A stretch of DNA of 64,000 nucleotides from a virus, in the IMG/VR virus record IMGVR_UViG_3300021440_000015, positions 32,001 to 96,000 of that record; one strand, written 5' to 3'. Both the position numbers and the translations under genes were made by a program. Under the pieces are notes generated by a model. The model was not told the DNA's origin. It did not search any database and saw only the letters and a list, made by a program, of their open reading frames with translations. This document shows positions 50,247 through 57,536 of this stretch, piece by piece; positions within the stretch are counted from its first letter, which is position 1, and each line of letters begins with the position of its first letter.

Positions 50247-51020
50247 ATGGGACAAATCAAATTTACATCTACCAGGCTTGAGGGCACTGGTAAAAAAGGG
50301 TTATTGAAACCTGACAGTGCAGGATACTATACACTGCCTGTAGGTGGTCTTAACGTGTTTAATAGCGTAGGTCAGTTCTATACAGCAGATGGTGCTAAGA
50401 AGTTGTTTGAGGCTAGTAGCATCTTTATGCGTAGAGTTAAGTCAGGATGTCTTAAAGGTGAATCAGGTCATCCTAAGAGATCACCTGGTATGTCTATGGA
50501 TGACTACCTGAACAGGATACTGACTATTGAAGAAACCAATGTGGTCTGTCACTTTTCTGAGATTTGGCTAGATGAAGATTTCGGAAGAAGAAATCCTAAG
50601 TTTAACAACAAAGATTTGATAGCTATTATGGCTAGAGTGAAGCCAGCTGGTCCTCATGCTGCATCTTTGGAAGCTTCTTTAAATAATCCTGAAGAAGAAG
50701 TTTGCTTCTCTATCAGAGCTTTAACCAGAGACTTTATGTTTAAAGGTACGACCCATCGCGTACTTGAACAAATCGTAACTTGGGATAACGTGGTGGAACC
50801 AGGCTTATCCTTAGCTAAGAAAACATACAGTCCTGTATTAGAGTGCATGGCTGAACAGGAAGTTAAAGTAAGTCAGCTTGAGAAATTAGCTACAAGCATG
50901 GGTTCTTTAGTAGCTACTGAATCTTCTCTGGCTTTGGCTAAAGAAGCTTATGAGGCTGTTAGGAACACAAACCCTTCTGGTCTTAAAGTAGTTACTCTTC
51001 CAACGTTTTCTCGTTGGTGA
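50247..51020 (+). CDS. prohead core protease (phiKZ gp175-like, T4 gp21 family)
   Basis: LKGESGHP, FSIRA (catalytic Ser), TWDNVVEPG. Confidence 0.85.
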   Translation: MGQIKFTSTRLEGTGKKGLLKPDSAGYYTLPVGGLNVFNSVGQFYTADGAKKLFEASSIFMRRVKSGCLKGESGHPKRSPGMSMDDYLNRILTIEETNVVCHFSEIWLDEDFGRRNPKFNNKDLIAIMARVKPAGPHAASLEASLNNPEEEVCFSIRALTRDFMFKGTTHRVLEQIVTWDNVVEPGLSLAKKTYSPVLECMAEQEVKVSQLEKLATSMGSLVATESSLALAKEAYEAVRNTNPSGLKVVTLPTFSRW

Positions 51021-51088
51021 TAAACATCTATCTATACACCCGAGCCATATAGGCCGGGTGTATAGATATATCTGCTTATAAATAAATA

Positions 51089-51168
51089 CAGTCACATATA
51101 TTTTATTTGAGCTATCGCTGTGGTTTAATGGATCTGTTCTGATCTGACTCTCAGCTAAGGAGATAATC
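51089..51168 (+). promoter_or_regulatory. repeated putative early promoter plus bulged-hairpin leader, copy 4
   Basis: CAGTCACATATATTTTATTTGAGCTAT; GCTGTGGTT-taat-GGATC-tgttct-GATCT-GACTCTCAGC; AAGGAG. Confidence 0.7.
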
Positions 51169-51462
51169 ATGAGGGATGTGATGAAACATCTCATCCACCC
51201 GACTTTGTCGGCGTGGGTCTTCGGTCTCGTCCGAGAGGATGAGACCGTACTCGCCTTTGGGTGGGTTGACGACACGGGTGCGAAGACCCGTGTAGGCTCC
51301 ATCACACGAGAGTGTGATGGAGAGGGCTTCATTGTCCTCACCATGAGTGGTGAGGAAGCCCGGCCGTCCAGCCAGAACGAACTGTTCTGGTTTCTGTGGG
51401 CGCTTGACGCCCACGGCGGGGACATGGACAAAGCCACGATCTGGATGCACAGTCGTGGCTAA
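51169..51462 (+). CDS. hypothetical accessory protein (GC-richer cassette gene)
   Basis: 97-aa ORF with strong SD; terminator AAAGATACCAGGGA-aa-TCCCTGGTATCTTT follows. Confidence 0.7.
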   Translation: MRDVMKHLIHPTLSAWVFGLVREDETVLAFGWVDDTGAKTRVGSITRECDGEGFIVLTMSGEEARPSSQNELFWFLWALDAHGGDMDKATIWMHSRG

Positions 51463-51584
51463 AAAGATACCAGGGAAATCCCTGGTATCTTTTTTTTTGT
51501 TTTAAATATCTATTTATGTATGTAGATTTTTTTTGGGCATATTTACTTAAACTGAACAAACTTCAGAACCCAGAAAGGACACAA

Positions 51585-52178
51585 ATGTTTATCGAAATCA
51601 AAAAAGAAATAGCTGCTAAGTATAGCCAGCATTGGGAATTGCTAGATCCAGCACATCGCCAATCTCATTTTGATATGGTTTTTAATAACGGACTGATCAT
51701 ATCAAAAAGACTCAACATCGACATTCGACCTGAAGAAATATTGGCAGTGGCTTATTTTCACGATCTGTTTACTTGGTCTAGGTCAAATCACCATTTTCTG
51801 TCGGAGACTTTTATACGCACTACAAAGTGTAGTATTGTGCAGTCACTTTGCGACACTTCTGAAAGTATAGAAAGAGTAGCTTTAGCGTGTCGTGAACACA
51901 GGGCGTCGTAGACTGGTTCCTACAGTGGGGATTTAAGTATTGTAATGTCAGCTGCTGATAGAGATATACCTAAGACAGCGTCTGAGTTACTAAACAGATC
52001 TGTACTGTATACAAAAACCCATAATCCTGAAATGAGCGCTGCTGAAGTAAGAGATACTGCTATAACCCACATCAAGGAAAAATATGGAAGAAATGGCTAT
52101 GCTAGAATACCTGAAATTCATAAAAGAAGCTATGTAAATGAGTATGAAGTTCTGTATAAAGAAATAGATCTTTTATAA
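51585..52178 (+). pseudogene. HD-domain phosphohydrolase interrupted by one in-frame TAG (51909-51911)
   Basis: H...YFHD...HH...EHRAS*TGSYSGDLSIVMSAADR continues in the same frame to TAA 52178. Confidence 0.7.
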
Positions 52179-52192
52179 GTTCTTGTAAAATA

Positions 52193-52274
52193 TTTCAGTC
52201 ACGTATATTCTATTTGAGCTATCGCTGTAGTTTAAGTCGTTCTTTCTGCGACACTATCAGTTAAGGAGATACTC
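52193..52274 (+). promoter_or_regulatory. repeated putative early promoter plus bulged-hairpin leader, copy 5
   Basis: TTTCAGTCACGTATATTCTATTTGAGCTAT; GCTGTAGT-ttaa-GTCGT-loop-GCGAC-ACTA(t)CAGT; AAGGAG. Confidence 0.7.
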
Positions 52275-52763
52275 ATGATCAAATTAAACGGCATTTTGGC
52301 TGTGTCCAATGGCGTGAACCTGTCTGGCGTTGAAGGTATAGTGGGGTCTAATAGCCTGTGTCGGTACAAGCTGGTGCGTAGTAAATACTTGCCCGTATTC
52401 GTTGTCATCACAGACTTTATTTGCGATGATGATCCTGCTGAGATAATAGCCGCTATTGACAGCGGCAAGTTTGATTTCAAACCTTTGAGGACATTCAAAG
52501 GGTATGATGCTATACCAGAACTTCGGAAAAGTCTGATCGATAAGATCAAGCAAGAAGAAGCAGAGAAACGCTTCGAGGAAAAAGTCGCTCTGATTGGTTT
52601 GTCAGCTGAAGAGCTGCAACAGCTGAAAACGGTGGACTGGTATCATGATTATACTGATGACGGTGCAGTCTGGCGTTCAGCAGAAGCTCGTCATAAAGAG
52701 GTTAAATCTTCAGTCGGAGAATGGAAGTATAACGAGTATCGAAACGCGGTACTTGACAAGTAA
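52275..52763 (+). CDS. hypothetical accessory protein
   Basis: 162-aa ORF with strong SD; C-terminal DWYHDYTDD..VW motif; terminator at about 52764-52799. Confidence 0.7.
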   Translation: MIKLNGILAVSNGVNLSGVEGIVGSNSLCRYKLVRSKYLPVFVVITDFICDDDPAEIIAAIDSGKFDFKPLRTFKGYDAIPELRKSLIDKIKQEEAEKRFEEKVALIGLSAEELQQLKTVDWYHDYTDDGAVWRSAEARHKEVKSSVGEWKYNEYRNAVLDK

Positions 52764-52929
52764 AATAAACCCTGGCTTCGGCTGGGGTTTATTTTTTATT
52801 CAGAACCCTATTCTTTATGGCTGGTTTTAAACGGCCTTTGTAGAGTAAGTTAGCTACTTAAACTTTACTTGACTATATCAGTCACTTTTGCAAAAGTTGT
52901 ATTTCAACCCAACCATTTAAGGAATTAAA

Positions 52930-53403
52930 ATGTCTGAATCCAAACTCAAAGAACGCGTGTTGTCTCTGGCGACACAAATCGAAGCCAGCATTAAGCTGGA
53001 TAAAGCGACTGGCATCGGCACCAGTGAAGGTGACGTGTATGGCAGCAACTTGCCCGAAGGTATTACCATGGAGACCGTGAAGACGGTCAACGGTTATGAC
53101 GCTGACTACGTCGCAGCTGGTACCTACGCCTTCGGTAGACTCTCTGTCGAAGCCATGAAGAAGAACAAGGGTCTGGAGAAGACCTCTGTTGAGCTCGACA
53201 TGGGTGTCAACAAAATGACAGTGGCATTTGACCGCACCAAAGAGTACACTAACTCTTTGGCAAAAGAAGGCGAACCAAACAAGATCACCAAGTTCGGCGT
53301 TGCTACAACCACCTTCGAGGTGCGTGGTGGTAAGAACTCTGGTGAGCTGAAGAAAGCTCGTCAGGAGCTGAATTCATTGGCGCAGGAAGCCTTTGGTAAG
53401 TAA
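52930..53403 (+). CDS. conserved hypothetical protein, probably highly expressed
   Basis: 157 aa; TAAGGA SD; C-ending codon bias like the sheath and tube genes. Confidence 0.75.
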   Translation: MSESKLKERVLSLATQIEASIKLDKATGIGTSEGDVYGSNLPEGITMETVKTVNGYDADYVAAGTYAFGRLSVEAMKKNKGLEKTSVELDMGVNKMTVAFDRTKEYTNSLAKEGEPNKITKFGVATTTFEVRGGKNSGELKKARQELNSLAQEAFGK

Positions 53404-53407
53404 TCAA

Positions 53408-53487
53408 GATACCAGACTTCGGTCTGGTATTTTTTTTCAGGAAAAATCCACTCCCCTCTAGACCCGAAGGTCTAGAGGGGAGTGGTC
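53408..53487. terminator. two back-to-back terminators between convergent genes
   Basis: ATACCAGAC-ttcg-GTCTGGTAT plus T-tract, and CCACTCCCCTCTAGACC-cgaa-GGTCTAGAGGGGAGTGG. Confidence 0.8.
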
Positions 53488-53498
53488 CTAGCTGAGGA

Positions 53499-54362
53499 TT
53501 AGGAAATGATAGCAGACTTGCTCAGATCATCAGTACCCTTGAAGTAACCTTCAGAAGTTTCACTGATGTTGGAATCCATCTTCTGAATGAAGGAAGGACG
53601 CAGATATGGGTTAGCGTTAGTCAGATTGATCTTATCAAGGATCGACTGAGCAAACTTGTTGGTACCCAAGTTGAACTGAGAGATACCAGTGAAAGGAATT
53701 GTCAAAGTCAATGTTTCACTTGCAGCAGTCAGATCGCGCTTGCCTTCAATAGCACCAGTTTCCTTAGGGAACATGTTCGTGGTAACCCACGACTTGACCA
53801 CGCGACGATGCGTAGGATCTGGTTCAAAGAACAAGCAGCTTGCAGAATACCAGTCAGGCAGCATGTCGGTAGGGCGTTCACCACCCAAAGTACCCACCAT
53901 GGCATACTTGGTATCAGGATCCATCAAACCGTAGGTGATCCAGTTATACAGGAAAGTCTGGATAGGCATACCAGCTTTTTCCATAAACGTGAATGAAGGT
54001 TCGGTACGAGCGCGAGTAACGTTAGTCACTTCGTCTTGCATCTCACCAGCGCCACCCACAGGATGCGGATCCGTTTCAACAGTAAGAGCACCGTTGAAAC
54101 CTTCAATAGAACGCGCATGCAGTTCAAACAAAGACTTCAGGGTATCTACCCATTTCTGTGGCTCAGGCATCAGTTGGAAGAACCGTGGCGATTCCAATAG
54201 AATGCAAACCAGATTACGACGAACGTAAGCTTGGTTACTGACCCACTCGGTTAAGTTAGGCGCCCAGCCAAACTGACCACCGTGAACCGGATCCAGCATG
54301 TACTGATTGGCATTCTTACCGAAGGCTTTTTGATCAAGCAAAGCTTCTGTAATACGAGACAT
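53499..54362 (-). CDS. tail tube protein (phiKZ gp30-like)
   Basis: 287 aa directly downstream of the sheath; GGQFG..P....WVSNQAYV, EPDP, NMFPK motifs. Confidence 0.8.
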   Translation of the reverse strand: MSRITEALLDQKAFGKNANQYMLDPVHGGQFGWAPNLTEWVSNQAYVRRNLVCILLESPRFFQLMPEPQKWVDTLKSLFELHARSIEGFNGALTVETDPHPVGGAGEMQDEVTNVTRARTEPSFTFMEKAGMPIQTFLYNWITYGLMDPDTKYAMVGTLGGERPTDMLPDWYSASCLFFEPDPTHRRVVKSWVTTNMFPKETGAIEGKRDLTAASETLTLTIPFTGISQFNLGTNKFAQSILDKINLTNANPYLRPSFIQKMDSNISETSEGYFKGTDDLSKSAIIS

Positions 54363-54425
54363 ATTTTAACTCCTGTTTTTTGTTCAGAGAGGGAGAGTGT
54401 TTAAGCTCTCCCTCATGGTCATGGA

Positions 54426-56510
54426 TCAGGCCGCAGGCAAATCGCTGATGCGATAAGCTTGGACATAGGTAGTCATGACAGTCTTCATGGATGGAGCGTA
54501 CAGCTTGATAGGCAGAGTCCAAGAGAACCCGCGAACCTCATCCATGTCGGTGAACAACGCATCGGGTTGGATCACAAACCGTCCGTCAAATTTACCCTGT
54601 ACCCGTGCAGTCACAGCGTCGTTAACACGAGAAGCCAGCTGGGTGTTGGTCAAGTGACTCACGCCAGTAAACTGACGCCATACGCTGTTGGCAACTTTGT
54701 TCAGCTGTGCACAAGCCATAGCCGTGAAGTAGCTATTCAGCACAGAAGTGTCATTGTCATAAACAGTCTTCAGCGCAGGGAAGAAGTACGATTTACGATC
54801 ATAAGTCAGAACCCAGTTCAGACCCACATCCCAGAAACGATTCCGAACAGAAGCAGGCACCCAGGTGATATTGATATCAGTGAAGTTATCAATAACAGAA
54901 CCAGGCGCTCCATCAAAATGGAAACCATTCTTCCAACGACCGTCGGCAGCGCCCATGTACTTAGCAGACTTGATCAACACCTCACCAGTCATAGGCAAGC
55001 GATCGGTGTACTGACTGTTACGCAGAACACCAGAACAACCCATGATCATACCACGAGACACAGGAGTGCCGAAGTAATCAGATTCAGGATACATCTGCAT
55101 GTGAGTACGCAAAGCAATAGCCACAGATTGTTCTTCGGACTGAGTCAGCGCACGTTCGCCAGCGGTATGTGTACCAACAGCAACAAACGTATCCTTACGG
55201 ACAGCCATGATAGAGCAAAGATCTTTCTTAGTCTGAAGTGGGAATCCAGAGTCATAGACAATAGATTCAACATGGTAAGCCAGATCCATCAACTCATCGT
55301 TGGGGTTCAGATACCGAAGAGCTTCAGCAGAAGTCAGAGCTGCGTGTACTGTGTTGTTCATTGTGCCGTCAGAACCACCTTTGGCATAGACGTTAGTTAC
55401 TTCAGACAAACGAGTCGAAGTAGTGTCGTCAATGAAAGTGAAGCTGTGGTATTTCACGTTCTGGCTGGAAACACCAGATACAATATTGAACAGATGTTTG
55501 TCTGCTGTATTAGCTGTGAAATCACTGAATCCGTCAATATGAGCCACTTCAGCAGCGTGGAATTGACCCAACAACAGTTCTAAGTTAGCCTGATAAACAT
55601 GAAGCTTACCGAAGTTACCAAACAGCTTAGGATAACGTGCGTCAGTCAGGTTCTGATAGCTATTCAGGAAGACTTCTGTCAGATTCATAGACCGATCGGT
55701 CAGTGGATCAATAACATTTTCCTTCAGAGTAACCATCAAACGTTGTTCACCAAACAACGTAGGCACCACAGCAGCAGAAGATTGCGCATCAACACGCTCA
55801 ACCACAGAGATGTAATATGGATAAGCTTTCTCAGCCACCATCATCTTGTTAGGCATAGCCGACACTGTTTTAACAGTAGGCGCCCACAGACGCAGACCAG
55901 AGTTATTACCCCATTCGCCTTCGCTGGAGACTTCCAGTTCAAACATAGGGTAACGCTGAGACTGCACACCAGCCGTCACATCAATCTGATCACCAGCAGA
56001 AATAGCAGCCAAACCAAATTGAGTAGTTTGATCTGCAACAGTAGTGCGGTTAGTGAAAACCCATTTTACTTTGTGACCAGTGGTGGTACCGATCACTTCA
56101 GGTTGGTTCAACGCATCCAAATAAATAGAACCATCGGAATTCCGACGATACAAATCTACGGTGGTGGGAAGAACGTCAAGCCATGCGATGATGTTAGACT
56201 TAGGACCCATATCTGTTGGGAACAGACGCTGGATCATGCAGGCATTACCCTGAGCATTAGCTAAGTTAGCAAAAACCGTCTGGTGATTAGAGAATTTACC
56301 TCTGTAATCAAAAGACGCAGAACCGAAAAGACGGTCGCGTTCAGCTCCAGAACAAAGTTGCGGAGCCTTGGGTCCCTTCTGGGTAAACAGGTAGAACTTT
56401 GGTAGATGTTGTGGAATTGCTTCCGGTACCCGAGGGGGCTGACGAGTGCTCAAGTCTTGAGTGCCGTACTCCACCACCATCGGTGCTGCATTGACAATTT
56501 GATTTGCCAT
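54426..56510 (-). CDS. contractile tail sheath protein (phiKZ gp29-like)
   Basis: 694 aa; PQHLP, GGSDG, YDSGFPLQTK, YPESDYFGTP, TVYDNDTSVLNS motifs. Confidence 0.88.
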   Translation of the reverse strand: MANQIVNAAPMVVEYGTQDLSTRQPPRVPEAIPQHLPKFYLFTQKGPKAPQLCSGAERDRLFGSASFDYRGKFSNHQTVFANLANAQGNACMIQRLFPTDMGPKSNIIAWLDVLPTTVDLYRRNSDGSIYLDALNQPEVIGTTTGHKVKWVFTNRTTVADQTTQFGLAAISAGDQIDVTAGVQSQRYPMFELEVSSEGEWGNNSGLRLWAPTVKTVSAMPNKMMVAEKAYPYYISVVERVDAQSSAAVVPTLFGEQRLMVTLKENVIDPLTDRSMNLTEVFLNSYQNLTDARYPKLFGNFGKLHVYQANLELLLGQFHAAEVAHIDGFSDFTANTADKHLFNIVSGVSSQNVKYHSFTFIDDTTSTRLSEVTNVYAKGGSDGTMNNTVHAALTSAEALRYLNPNDELMDLAYHVESIVYDSGFPLQTKKDLCSIMAVRKDTFVAVGTHTAGERALTQSEEQSVAIALRTHMQMYPESDYFGTPVSRGMIMGCSGVLRNSQYTDRLPMTGEVLIKSAKYMGAADGRWKNGFHFDGAPGSVIDNFTDINITWVPASVRNRFWDVGLNWVLTYDRKSYFFPALKTVYDNDTSVLNSYFTAMACAQLNKVANSVWRQFTGVSHLTNTQLASRVNDAVTARVQGKFDGRFVIQPDALFTDMDEVRGFSWTLPIKLYAPSMKTVMTTYVQAYRISDLPAA

Positions 56511-56557
56511 AATTTCCTCTTCAGCTAGGTTTCCTAAAAAATCACAAAGGTTTCGTC

Positions 56558-57535
56558 ATGTCGATATACAAAGATGCTTACATGACTTCGATCGGATCGA
56601 TGTATCCAACACGACAACTCGAAGTCTCCATCAAAGAAGCCCTAATCAAAGATCCAGGTCTTCAAGACGAAAGTCTAGGTCTTGTCGATAACGGAGAGTA
56701 TCGAGCTGTTTTCATCACCGGAAAATTTTCAAGTGAAGTCGACATACCGCTATTCACTCATCCGATAACCATAAATAATTTCCAAGGAAAAAATTTTTTG
56801 GTAACGGATTTGAGACTGTTTCTCGGTAAATGGTCTTGGGACACTAAGATAGAAGATCTTGTTAAAAATAGAACTGACTTTAACTTTGCAAAAAGCAGAG
56901 CTATGTTGAACCTCATTTGGTTAAATGAAGGTCCATCAGTTCTCAAGAATAACATGGCTTTTTCAGCAAGTGTTTTTTCCTCTGTTGTCAGTGAAACAAT
57001 CAGCAGAGCTTTTGCTCTCGACTTTAACGATCTTATCACTATCGGTGTTCTTGCAGAGATATATTACTATAGCCTCTTTTTAGAAACCGAAAGTTTGTCA
57101 GATGACGACAAACAGAAAATTGTTGTCCATATTATCAGATCAGGTAAAATTAAGGCTGATTACATATATGACATTTTGGACAGAATAGAACCCATGAAGG
57201 ATTTATCAGGTTTCTGTCTGAATGTCGGCAAGGTTGTTCAAAACGTTAGATTGAATAAATTTAACTCGGCTATTTTACTTAGCATTCTATCTAATAGTTG
57301 GTACGGCATAAATGCTAAAGAAATCATCAGTGTTTCTTTAGAACACCCGCCTACATGGACAGCTCTGGTTTACACAGCCCTTTCTGAAAAAACTTTTAAA
57401 ACAAGTGCTATTTTTAAAGCAGCCGAAAGATTAGGCAAACGAGGCGTGGCAGATCAATTTATGTTGACTTACGCGTCTGTTGTTAAAAATCATACTTTAG
57501 CTGTAGAAAAGTTAGCAATACGGGACTTTGAATAA
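56558..57535 (+). CDS. virion structural protein (phiKZ gp28-like)
   Basis: Divergent from the sheath; IPLFTHP, SLEHPPTW motifs. Confidence 0.7.
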   Translation: MSIYKDAYMTSIGSMYPTRQLEVSIKEALIKDPGLQDESLGLVDNGEYRAVFITGKFSSEVDIPLFTHPITINNFQGKNFLVTDLRLFLGKWSWDTKIEDLVKNRTDFNFAKSRAMLNLIWLNEGPSVLKNNMAFSASVFSSVVSETISRAFALDFNDLITIGVLAEIYYYSLFLETESLSDDDKQKIVVHIIRSGKIKADYIYDILDRIEPMKDLSGFCLNVGKVVQNVRLNKFNSAILLSILSNSWYGINAKEIISVSLEHPPTWTALVYTALSEKTFKTSAIFKAAERLGKRGVADQFMLTYASVVKNHTLAVEKLAIRDFE

Positions 57536-57536
57536 A

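Noticed and set aside
51909-51911. Genome-wide TAG reassignment
   Set aside because: All long genes are intact under code 11 and TAG terminates genes at 2728 and 20151
12717-52274. Cassette leaders as integron attC sites
   Set aside because: No RYYYAAC/GTTRRRY core pair, they lie upstream of genes next to the SD, and no integrase is in the window
54459-56264. Long + strand ORFs (374 aa and 221 aa) opposite the tail sheath
   Set aside because: Shadow ORFs explained by the sheath's codon bias; no recognisable protein features
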